Source of the DNA: Octopus sinensis
Lineage: Eukaryota
Assembly (NCBI RefSeq): GCF_006345805.1
Contig: NC_043013.1
Coordinates: 56,234,001 to 56,298,000, forward strand
Direction of reading: 5' to 3'
DNA: 64,000 nucleotides
The notes beneath the pieces were generated by a model that had not been told where the DNA came from, did no database searches, and saw only the letters and a program-made list of their open reading frames with translations. Positions 1 through 11,233 of the stretch are shown here, one piece after another; the first letter of the stretch is position 1, and every line of letters begins with the position of its first letter. The translations under genes were made by a program, and so were the position numbers.

Positions 1-1
1 T

Positions 2-88
2 GCTGAAGATGTAATTGGTCAGGACACCGAGAAAAAAATAGAACAGTTGGTACAAAGATCACAACCAGTGTTTGAAATATCTGTGTAA
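2..88 (+). CDS. candidate terminal coding exon of an unidentified gene (AEDVIGQDTEKKIEQLVQRSQPVFEISV*)
   Basis: Open, protein-like frame from the window edge to TAA at 86-88; AATAAA hexamers near 483 and 503. No homology recognised, and an open frame also exists on the minus strand. Confidence 0.25.
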   Translation, partial: AEDVIGQDTEKKIEQLVQRSQPVFEISV

Positions 89-616
89 AGACTTTGAAGA
101 AGGTTGCAAGAGCATCTGTTAATTCAAGATGTTGGATATAACAGTCACCTTTAATTTTGTTTAATCATTTATTTCAACTGTGTTTTCCCCAAACTTTATA
201 ATCAGATGTAATTAATTGACCCAACTTTTTAAAATTTTAATTTTAATTAAGAATTCTGGAGCGTGAAATTTGCTTTAATTAAATGTGCCACTTTTCTCTG
301 TTTTTCCACTGGTGCCATTGTGACCTGTATCAGATTAACCTGCACCAGTTTTACTGTGTACCAGCAATCTTTATCAGACTCTGGCATAAAAGGTGTCTCT
401 GACTCTTTTAAGGAACTTTTGTGCCACAAAAACAATATAATATGTATTGTATGGAATTCTATGCCAAAAACCACAGGAAAGCAATAAAATTTTTTTATTT
501 TACAATAAAAGAAGATATTCATTAACAGCCATTAACTATTAATTGCATTAAACCTCATCAGGAACAAACTATGTTTATCATGAAAACAAGCAATATTAAA
601 GTTCTTGAATAATTCA

Positions 617-1020
617 TCATCATCATCATCATCGTTTAACGTCCGTTTTCCATGCTGGCATGGGTTGGATGGTTTGACAGAGGTCTGGAGAGCCAGCAGC
701 TGCACCAGGCTCCAATCTGACCTGGCAGTGTTTCTACATTGATGCCCTTCCTAATGCCAATCCCTCCAAGAGTGTAGTGGGTGCTATTTATGTGCCACCA
801 GCACAGGAGACTGTCAGTAGGCACTGGCATCAATCACGTTCGGATAGTGGTTTTTATGTGCCACCGGCATGAGGACCAGTCAGGGGATGCTGGCTACAGC
901 TACAATATTGGTTTTACTTGACTCAACTGGTCTTCTCAAGCATATCATATCACCCAACGATTCAGAGGTACTCTTAACTGGCCCGGACATGTATGGCTGC
1001 AATCTCACTTTAGTTGTTGG
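617..1020 (-). mobile_element. RTE-LINE 3' end / derived non-autonomous repeat with (GAT)n tail
   Basis: (CAT)n-CGTTTAACGTCCGTTTTCCATGCTGGCATGGGTTGG matches the reverse complement of the 3' end of the RTE at 51800-51849. Confidence 0.7.
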
Positions 1021-1673
1021 GTCTTCTCAATCACAGCATTAAAATGAAAAATTATTTCTGAAATTTAACTCCAGCCAAATTAGTGATCCTGTATTGGAGT
1101 CACAAATAAAGTTGACTGGTTCTAAGCACTTAATTATATTAAGTAGTGTCTATGATATGGTTCTGTTGGTGGTGTTTCTGAAGCCCGGGTCAGTCTTGAT
1201 TCAATGGTCATATGATCAAAGACATCCTAGCCTTGCTAATCTGCTTGATTTATTTAATCAAATATGTTGTTGCTGAATAACATCGCATTAAGGTATTAAA
1301 TTCTATTTGACTGTTCTCCAATTCTTTCCTTTTTACCACAGAAAGCCCTTTTTTGAGACCTTCATAAAAGTGGAGCATAAATGTGTTACAAAGTTTTCTG
1401 TCCAGTAACTGACGTGTAAACAAGCCCAGCCGTTTAAATGTAGACTCCCCGTTAGTCTGATTGATGGTAAATGCTGTTTAAAAGAAATTCCTGTTTCCAT
1501 AAACAGTGAGCAAATTCAAAACAAACTTGGAAATTTTATCGGCAAGAACGAAGAATGTTTCTCTTGTAAAGTAAATGTATGGAAAGTCAATCAGTGGGGA
1601 AGGATATCAGTGACTTTCATGATACTTTCAATTAAATACATTCATTATCAAATATTTTGTTCTTTCTTTAAAG

Positions 1674-1724
1674 ACTCAAATAATGATGGTTCATTATAAT
1701 AATTACAGTATATCAGGAACAGAG
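1674..1724 (+). CDS. candidate internal exon (TQIMMVHYNNYSISGTE), phase 0-0
   Basis: Strong acceptor TTTTGTTCTTTCTTTAAAG and donor GAG|GTAATT; 51 nt with a single open frame; no homology recognised. Confidence 0.3.
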
Positions 1725-1864
1725 GTAATTATTTTTTAGGTTATATTTTGATGATTATGATGATATCTATGTGTCAGCTATATTGATTATTTATAAATTT
1801 AATCTTCAGATGAAACTGTTCAGTTACTATTTCTGATAATTGTAGTATCACATTCTAGCCATAC

Positions 1865-2063
1865 ATATTGGTTCTAAATTTTGGCACAAAGCCAGCAATT
1901 CTGGGGGAGGGGATAGGTTGGTTACATCAACCCCAGTACATAACTGGTACTTATTTTATTGATCATGAAGAGATGAAACCTCAGTGGAATTTGAACCCAG
2001 ATCTTAAAGACAACTGAAATACCACTAAGTTTTTTGCCCAGCATGCAAACGATTCTGCCAGCT
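1865..2063 (-). mobile_element. tRNA-headed SINE, family B (GGCAGAATCGTTAGC head; GGGGTCGAT core)
   Basis: Reverse complement aligns by eye with copies at 3849-4084, 29445-29658 and 33835-34030. Confidence 0.65.
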
Positions 2064-3230
2064 GACATTGATAGCAGTAATTTCATGGGAACATGTCTGC
2101 TAGTTTTGCTGAACATTTAATATATCAACACAGCCATAAAGAAGTGCAGTATTAATATAATAATCTGAGCTCCTCGTTAAACAATAATTAGCAGGGGCAA
2201 GTCAATTAGTTCCTGTTGAAACCCTTTCCAACATCATACCCCCCCCCCACGCAACCTGTGTCTACTTAATACATTCTCCCTCCCCTCAACATCCCACTCT
2301 CCTTTCACATCCACCCACTCACTTTATTCAATCCCTGATCCACTTCACAATACACATCTCTCTGAAACCTGGAGTGTATCCCTCGTCACATCTTCACCAT
2401 CTCTCTCTCTCTCTCACCTCTCCTCTTTATCCCCTCGCCCTCTCGCCCTCTCCTCCCTCTCCTTTTTCTTTCCCCTCTTCTCAAATGAAATAGCCATGTA
2501 TCTCCTCCACTGCAAGACACCTATTTCTGTCCCTTTATTTGTACCCTAACTCTTCCCTTCATGCGGCATGAAGCCATTGCTCGCCACCTTTGTTCTGGGC
2601 TGGTTTTATTTTACAACGTACTTGGTGCAGCACTGAGCAAAGTATTTCACTGCTTGAAGAGTATCCAGCCACAGACAGCAAACCAAAGCGGACAGTAGAG
2701 CTTGGTGTGGTCTTCTGACTTGCAAAATGCTCCAACCCATGCCAGCATAGAAATCAGACTTTCAATGATGACGCTGATGAGGATGATGAGTGCAGTTGAT
2801 CATCCTGAATATGGTGAATCACTCGACATATTTAATTCTCGTGAATAATTCTCACCCTTGGTGTTCAGGTTTAAGAATATGGAAAAATTGCACATTAAAC
2901 ATGAATAAATAGAGAAATCTTGTATGGAATCTTAGAATTGTGGAATGACCAGTCCCACCTAATATCTCTAAACTTCCTAATACAAAGCAGAGCCATTCTT
3001 CTCATTAAGACTGAAGATAAGAAGCTTAATTAAATTTAAATTATTATATTCTGTGGCATCCTTCTTGTTTTGGTATTTAAAGCATTGTAATTATCGGGTT
3101 AATTAATGTTGTATAACATTTTAATGAATGTTGCTTAGTGTGATTGGGTACAATCACAATGAATTTGTAAAATTAAAATCTCATTATTTTCTCCATCACA
3201 AAAGGCCCTCATTGGTCCTTATATGCTTAC

Positions 3231-3316
3231 AATTTCCCCCTGCTACAACAAGAGGAACCTTTATAGTTGTAGGGACAAACTTATCACTGCTATAGTGACT
3301 GTCTTGTAGCTTTACT
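3231..3316 (-). CDS. candidate internal exon (VKLQDSHYSSDKFVPTTIKVPLVVAGGN)
   Basis: Acceptor CTTTTACCATTGCAG, donor GTAAGCAT, one open frame; could not be chained convincingly to neighbouring candidates. Confidence 0.2.
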
Positions 3317-3635
3317 CTGCAATGGTAAAAGTCAGTTAAGAATTCAGATGTCATGGGAAAACATAACTTATGTTTTAAACCATTGGTTCTCAACAATCAT
3401 TTTCCCCCTATGGACTCTTCTGGTCCCTATTTTACTCAGGTGAATCCTCACAACCATTCAGTGTTTAAAATATCGTTTTTGGTGCAGTATAACCGAATTT
3501 ATTGCACATAAACTTTAACAATAAAATTCCAGGTTGAGGACCAAGGTTTTAGAGGAAAAAATTAATTTTTTCCCTCACAAAGACAACGTTTGTACCATAA
3601 ACATTATATTTTATTATTAAGGCAGTTTAAAGCAT

Positions 3636-3838
3636 GGAATCGGCAGAATTGTGAGCATGCTGGGCAAAATGCTTTGTGGCATTTCATCCATCTGAGTTCA
3701 AATTCTGCTGAGATTAACTTTGTTTTTTATCCTTTTGAGCTCAAGAAATTCAGCACCAGTGGGACTCTGGGATTGATGTACTCAACTTGCCCCTCCCCCC
3801 AAACTTCGGGTCTTGTGCCTATAACAGAAAGGATTACT
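3636..3838 (+). mobile_element. SINE family B, degraded copy
   Basis: GGCAGAATTGTGAGC head, B-box-like CTGAGTTCAAATTC, tail TTGTGCCTATAACAGAAAGGATTA. Confidence 0.6.
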
Positions 3839-3848
3839 AAAACAGTTA

Positions 3849-4084
3849 AGGTGGTGAGCTAGCAGAGTCATTAGCATGCTAGACGAAATGCTTAGCGCTA
3901 TTTCACCCATCGCTACATTCTGAGTTGAAATTCCGATGAGGTTAGCTTTGCCTTTCATTCTTTTGGGGTCGACAAATTAAGTACCTGGGAAATTCTGGAG
4001 TCGATGTAATCAACTATTTCCTTCCTCTCCCCACCCCTCATAAAAAAAACTTCAGCCCTTATTCTTTTAATAGAAAGGATTATT
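3849..4084 (+). mobile_element. SINE family B copy
   Basis: GGTGAGCTAGCAGAGTCATTAGC head, CTGAGTTGAAATTCC B-box-like motif, GGGGTCGAC core, AGAAAGGATTATT tail. Confidence 0.75.
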
Positions 4085-6561
4085 AAGACAGTTTATTGAG
4101 AATGACATAATCTAATATAATCAGATTAAGATTGCACAGGATGATTCAAAGAGGAATTGGCTGCTCTTTCTGACTCAATAAAGAAGCTCCACCATTAACT
4201 TCATAGAATGAAATTGTTTTGAATAAAGAGGTTTGATGAATGAGAGGTTAATATTTAGACTGTTGTCTGGTGTCTGTTTTTTTCTTCTCCTTTTCCTTAC
4301 TGTCAACTTATGTCAGCAGCAATGTTCTTGGGAAAAGAATGATTATTGCAACTTTCTGTTTGTATCTTAAAAATTTTTCTTAAGTATTTATTTCTGTAAA
4401 TTTTGAGTTAGTCAGCTATCGGTCAAGTAAAACTGTTGATATATAAACCTATCTGTCTGTCTGTCAAACTGTATGTGTCTGTGTGCATGTGTATATACAT
4501 ACACACACTCACATTTATGCACACATATGTATACATACATGTACACACACATGCATGCATGTCTAAGTTTTATAAAAATTACTGTAAATCATTTATGGAA
4601 ATTAACAGTAGCAGCAGAAATTCTAAATTACATTTGTCTGTCTTTCAATTATTATTCCACCATGTTGGATTACATCCACTGATGTAATTGAATTATTTTC
4701 TTTATTTGTTCACATCTATGAATTGTTAAAGTTTCCTTCATCTATACTGGTGTTGATGCGGTTAAAGAAACTTTATTTCTGCTTCCTGAAGGAGTTTCCT
4801 GTTGTTCCTCTCTAGTCAAACAGGAGGTCACATGTACAGCAGTTGAGCTAATTAACATATTTAATATATTCAGGCTTAAAATACTAAGTATGTAATGGGA
4901 AAAATACAATGTTCGTCAAGGGCTAATATCATTTTATTCACTTGAGTCACAATAGGTACATTAGTATTAACATAATGTGTAGCATTAATTCAAACCTGAA
5001 CAACAGAATAACTGGTCGGGCATCACTACTAAACCACAGTAGTTTCACTTGACTGGTCATTTAACCAACCAATCAGTGTCAAGCCATCATATGATTCAAT
5101 CTTCTAGAATCTTCTCCTTACACCTTACACCTTATAAAAAGGCTGCTTCTGGTGGTAATTGCAGAATTTTGAGGCAGCTGTGCAATGGATCTCCATTCTT
5201 ACCACAGCCAGACAATCCAGATGAATATAGACCAGTTGTTGGGCCAGTCACAGATCACCTGCATACAAAAGCTTGCTGTAAACTCTAAACTGGCTCTTCT
5301 ACTATGTAATTATTGCTGTTGTCATTTGTAAAAGACCAACAAAGTTAGAACACTATGTCCAGTAATCAAATCTGTTAAATATTCGTGAGTGTTGTCACTT
5401 ACTTTTCCACTCAGCCCAAGAAACATATTTTCATTCATCATCCCAACCAGTCATCATGTCAGACCCACCCACAACAACGGTTTATGTGAGGGTCAGTTGG
5501 TAGATAGCCCTGACAAATGTCCTGTTACAATCCTGTGTTTTGTCAGATTTACAGCCTTTAAATTTGAGCCAATACAGCAGTGTGAATGTAGTCCCTTGGA
5601 GAGATATATTGGACGATACAATATAAATAATAAATATTTGGTACAATTAAGAAGGACAGGGTGATCATGGATGGAATGCTTTTGATCTTAGATCTAGTCA
5701 TTTAGGCATGACCTGGGACTAAACAACAGACAGTACATTGGCAGGGATTCAATGCATTGCAGTAATTACTCAAGATTCTTGAGCTCAAATCCTACTGATG
5801 TCAAGAGAATTTTGTTTTTCCAGGATTATTGAATAAAGCACAAAGCAAGTGTAGTGGACTGAGCAGAATTGGTGGCAGCAAGACAGAATGTCCTACAGTG
5901 ATTGCAGAAATGGACAGTGTGCAAAATGGTCCATCAAGATCAGGCATTTCAATGATGGTCTCTAATGGAACAAGTAAAAGACAGAATGATATAAAATAAA
6001 AAACAGTGATATAAAATCAAACAAAGCAAATTAAATTTATTGAATTGAAATAATAGATATAATGAAATATTCAAACAGAGCACAGCATAGGGTAAAACAG
6101 GGTGGTTTGGTCCAACAAGTCGGATCCCAGAAGACAGGGTGGGGGTATTAGTGTGTTTCTGGAGGTCCAATGGTATGGGAAAGACAAGGCTTAAAAGAAT
6201 TTTATTTCTATTTTCACTGCTGTTACTACTATTGTCACTATACACATTTGTCTTTCTGCAATGCTCTCATCAATGGAATGATGTAATAAATCATTTCACC
6301 CAACCAGCCCAGTTTCTCTGGAGAAGTGATTGGTCAATGCATTTTCAGACAAATAACTGACAACAGAAGTGTCACCAATTGATATGTTTTGGGGTTCCAT
6401 GGACAAACTTTGACTTTTTTTATTCAAATATTGTTTTTCAACCCAATATTTACATACTTTTATTTATAGCTTTATGTGCTACGAGATCCAGTTCTGAAAC
6501 AAGAATTATTTCATTTTCTCTCAAAAGTTTATAAATTTTTATGATCTCAATGATATCTATA

Positions 6562-7818
6562 TAGGGTCATCCCATAAATAATGGGGGATTTTTTTTATAC
6601 ATCTTTTATTTTTCAAAATTGATATAAACAAATTTCTTTTTTAATCTAAAATATACACTCATTCATTTTCCACAATGCTCTTCCATCTCTATGGTAGACT
6701 TGCAAGAATGCTCTTCCAAAATTTACTTGTCCGTCATGAAAAATACTCCTCTAGTACTGTTCTGACCTCATCTACAGAGTTCATATTTTTTCTGTCCAAA
6801 TGATTTTGAAGACTGTGAAATAAATGATAAGCAGATGGGGCAATGTCCGGTGAATATGATTGGTGGGGCATCATTTCCCATTCAAACTGCTCCAGCCTTT
6901 TTAATTTCAATCCTTACTGTATGTGGCTGAGCATTATCCTGGTGGAAGAATACCTTTCATCTTGAAGCTAAAGATGGTCATTTTTCTTCTAGCACTGATT
7001 GAAGCTGCTTGGACTGCTCACAGTAGATCTTTGTTATCGTTTAGTTTGGGTTTAAAAGTTTAAAGTGGACTAAACCTTTCATATCCCACCAAACAGATAA
7101 CAACACCTTACATGGGTGAAAATCTTCTTGAGCCTGGGGTGGCAGTGCAACTCCTTTCCCTACCCACTGTCTTTGGCACTTTACATTTTTATAGAGAACC
7201 CATTTCTCATCACCAGTCACTATTCAGTCCCAAAAAGGTTCATTCGTGAGACACAGCAGCAAAGAAGAGCACACATTCACTCACTGCACACAAATAGACT
7301 CGGAAAGTTTGTGAGGAATCCATTGACCCAATTTGCTGACTTTTCTGATGGCATGCAGGTGTCAATAAATGACCAGATCCAAGCTTCTCTGCTAGTTCCT
7401 CAACAGTTTCGATGGGATTTTGTTTCACCAGGGTTTACAGGACGTCCTTGTTGAGGTTTACAGATCTTTCAGGATGAGGCTCGTATTCTAGGCTTGTTTT
7501 CTTGACACTGGCTTATGTTTATTGTCTCATTCCTATACACTGCATCAATATTCATTGCACCTTCCATTGTTTTGTTGCTTTTATTCAACTCATAAAACAA
7601 AATATGCCAAATATACTCCTTTGTCACTTCTATTAGAGCTTTGAGAAAATAACTGTTAAAATCGAACTGCACTCTTCAGAACTTGCACTAAGAATAAGGA
7701 CAAGGTAAAATTACAACCTACTTTTATAGCATGTTGATGCAGAATGTTTATCCCATCCTCTCCAACTTTTAGTACATGCAATTGAAAAAATCGCATTATT
7801 TATTTATGGGATGACCCA
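6562..7818 (-). mobile_element. mariner (D,D34D) DNA transposon, transposase pseudogenised
   Basis: 18-bp TIRs GGGTCATCCCATAAATAA at 6564-6581 and 7800-7817. Minus-strand motifs WIPHKL, VTGDEKW, FHQDNAQPH, YSPDIAPSAYHLF; 34-residue spacing after repairing one frameshift; third catalytic D replaced by A. Confidence 0.9.
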
Positions 7819-7826
7819 ATATATAT

Positions 7827-8375
7827 ATGTATATATGTATGGATGTATGTATGGATGGATGGAGGGGGGATGGAGGGAGGGAGGGAGGGAGAGATGGATG
7901 TATGTATGGATGGATGGATGGAGGGGGGAGGAGGGAGGGAGGGAGGGATGGAGGGAGGGATGGAGGGAGGGATGGATGGGATGGAGGGAGGGAGGGATGG
8001 ATGGATGGATGTATGGATGGATGGATGGATGGAGGGAGGGAGGGATGGAGGGAGGGATGGATGGATGGATGGATGGATGTATGGATGGATGGATGGAGGG
8101 AGGGAGGGATGGAGGGAGGGATGGAGGGAGGGATGGATGGATGGAGGGATGGAGGGATGGAGGGAGGGAGGGATGGAGGGAGGGAGGGATGGAGGGAGGG
8201 AGGGAGGGATGGATGGATGGATGTATGGATGGAGGGAGGGAGGGAGGGATGGAGGGATGGATGGATGGATGGATGGATGGAGGGATGGATGGAGGGAGGG
8301 ATGGATGGAGGGAGTGATGGATGGATGGATGGAGGGAGGGAGGGATGGAGGGTGCGAGGGATGGATGGATGGATG
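7827..8375. repeat. compound (GGAT)n/(GGAG)n tetranucleotide array, about 550 bp
   Basis: Directly visible; accounts for the W/M/D/G and H/P/S pseudo-ORFs in the track. Confidence 0.95.
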
Positions 8376-9430
8376 CAATTTTATTCAATAAAGTCTCCTT
8401 CAGCTTCAATAATGGCTTCTATGTGAAGTCCAAATTACCTACGTGCTACGATCAAGTGGTCTGTGCTCATATTGGACATTACTCTGACTATGGAGGCTTT
8501 TAGGGATTCTTTGATGTCACGAGGGTGCTCATTAACCCCTTTCTCAACTACGCTCCATACATAGTAGTCCAATGGATTGAGATCTGGGGAGCTAGGAAGC
8601 CAAATGTTGGGGGTTATGTGGTAATGAAAATCTTCTGCCATCCATTCCTGTGTTGCTGCAGCCTTCTGTGATGGTGCCGAGTCTTGTTAAATCGCATAAG
8701 GTCTTCTGTTGCATACATTATCGATTCATGGCTTAACCACTCTATTCAGAAAATCTATGTAGGCAGCAGAGTTTAATCGAAGACTTGTGGAAAGAAGTGA
8801 GGTGGCATCACATACCGTTCATTGCTGACAACCCCGCAAAACCATGACAGTTGTAGGAAATTTTGTATGCATTTCTCCTGGAACTTCTGAAGGGTCTGTA
8901 CATAGCCATCTGTTATTTCTTCTGTTTACTTTCTGATCTTGATCAAAGTTTTTCTCATCTGAGAAGAACCAAGTGGCATCTTTCTCTACTGGGTTTTTAA
9001 GTTTGTTCAGGAGTCTTTTAGATCTGATTAAGCAATTTTCTTTCACTGTTTCTGACATGAAATGACCTTTCCTCATCGCATAACTTTTGTGCCTGATGTC
9101 TTTGTGGACAACATTTTGGATTGTTCCTTCTGACTACATGGCGTTCTTTTGCAATCAACCTCAGGAATCTTCTGCGATTGTCATCAATGGTCTGCTTTAC
9201 TTGTCAAACAAATTCTGGTGTTATAATACTATTAGTGTGTCTACGATTTTTTTTAACGTTTTGAGACTGGTGATACATTTTGGCCTTTAACCTCTAACTC
9301 CTTGTGAATTTTGTAGACGAAGGTCCTAGTGACTTTTTAAAATCATGCTATTTCTAAATTGCTGTGTTCAGCCCTTATAGCCATGATGACTGCGTTCCTC
9401 TTCTTTCCTTGTGTAATCTACCGTTGGTAA
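8376..9430 (-). mobile_element. Tc1/mariner D,D37D (maT-type) transposase relic
   Basis: N-terminal HTH-like KRNAVIMAIRAEHSNLEIA; FFSDEKNF; QDSAPS followed by exactly 37 residues to the D of WLPSSPDLNPLDYY. Stops and frameshifts present; TIRs not located. Confidence 0.85.
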
Positions 9431-9683
9431 TTCTGTAATACAGAAAATATTAAGTTGATAAATATGCTGCTGTAGTAAAATTAGCAGATGTCCTCAAATG
9501 CCTTACACACTTTGTAGATGAGAATCTTATTTATGGATAATTGGCAGGAATTACAAATTGGTTGAAACTCGAAAGTTTCATTGTTGGCAATGTCTGAGAC
9601 TCAGCTCTTGGACCCCTTGACAACTTCTGCTGACTATCACCATTTTCTGAGTTCTGTCTTTTCTGTTTGCATCAGCTAACCTA

Positions 9684-9687
9684 CACT

Positions 9688-9727
<40 letters not shown>

Positions 9728-9925
9728 CTCATGCACACACATACATACACACTCATACACACACACACACGTGTGCTCACACACTCATACACACGCACAT
9801 ATCTCCACACACACACACACACGTGTGCTCACACATACACACACACTCATACACAAGCACACACACACACACACACACACACACTCATACACACACACAC
9901 ACACATACATACACACATACACATG
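9684..9925. repeat. interrupted (CA)n microsatellite
   Basis: Directly visible. Confidence 0.9.
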
Positions 9926-9931
9926 TATATA

Positions 9932-10106
9932 TATTATTTAAAGCAGTTTGATTCAGTTCTGTGCTACTCAAGGTTCACAGGTCCTTAATGTCAGCCTGAC
10001 TCCTTCAGGCTTCTGGAATCACCAAATCCCGAGGGGGTCAGGTTCCTAATAGGGGCCTACAAAACTTGAAGTAACAGGAAACTGAATCAAGCTGTTTTAA
10101 ATAATA
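9932..10106. repeat. 27-bp inverted repeat enclosing about 120 bp of unique sequence (MITE/fold-back-like)
   Basis: TATTATTTAAAGCAGTTTGATTCAGTT (9932-9958) versus the reverse complement of 10080-10106: 25/27 identical. Confidence 0.7.
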
Positions 10107-10116
10107 GATATACATG

Positions 10117-10151
<35 letters not shown>

Positions 10152-10772
10152 AAGTATGCATTTATAGACATATACACAGATATAATGTATATATGTATAG
10201 AGATGTGAAGTGTAGAGTGGGTTGTTTCTGTATGCTTCCAGATAACTGAGCCAATCAATAAATAGCGATCAATAAAATAATTGCCAGACTGAAATAAATA
10301 CTGAGTGGGGAGGACGGTGGTGGTGTTATGACTGACTAAACACCTTGAAGGTATTGCCCAAGCATGGCCAAACACCAATGATTGAAACCAATAAAAGAAT
10401 AGTACCTTGTCAAAGAGAAATACGAAAATTAGAGAGAAGAATTTTGTATTGTTTATTTGTGTTTCTGCTGCCATTAAAATCTCGATATTCAATCGTTTAT
10501 TGCAACTATCTATTTTATTGTCACAATCTTTTCAAGCTGTATTTTGAAAAGTCTTGTCTGACCATCAAATTAATTCCTAAAGATTTGATTTGTTTCAAGT
10601 AATTAGATACAATTCAATTTTCAACTGACTAAAAGAATTTTCATTTCAGTGTTGAGCACGCACACACACACACACACAATCTCTATCTATTTATCTATCT
10701 ATCTATATTTATATATATATATAGATGTGTATATTTATATATAGACACACACACACACACAAATATATATGC

Positions 10773-10811
<39 letters not shown>

Positions 10812-11126
10812 TACGTATAATAGGTATATATGTACGTGTATGTATTTGTGTGTGTGTGTATGTTCTTTCTATTTGACAATTTTCTTTCTCTGGTTGTGGA
10901 CATTAACTTAACTCCTCCCTTGTGTGGTTTGGGGAACAAGTTTCTTACTCAGACACGACAGAATCTAAGAATTGAGAGTCGAATGTTTTAACTTGATTTG
11001 TTTATAAGCATTAAGAACAATGGCTTGAGTAAACATAAAGATGCAAGTTTACTGGATACTCAACTACAATTTGTTCCTTTCAACAGGCCACGAAGCCTCT
11101 GTGATCTAGAATTCTCTTGTGTTGAG

Positions 11127-11233
11127 GAGAAGAAGAAGAAGAAGAAGAAGAAGAAGAAGAAGAAGAAGAAGAAGAAGAAGAAGAAGAAGAAGAAGGAAGA
11201 AGACGAAGAAGAACTGGGAGAAGAAGGAGAAGA
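11127..11233. repeat. (AAG)n trinucleotide array, degenerating 3'
   Basis: Directly visible. Confidence 0.95.

Noticed and set aside
5403-5521. Minus-strand exon bounded by a strong GTAAGT donor
   Set aside because: All three frames contain stops; it could only be UTR or a first exon, which I cannot support.
7800-8426. 168-201 aa ORFs in five frames
   Set aside because: Stop-free translations of the GGAT/GGAG array.
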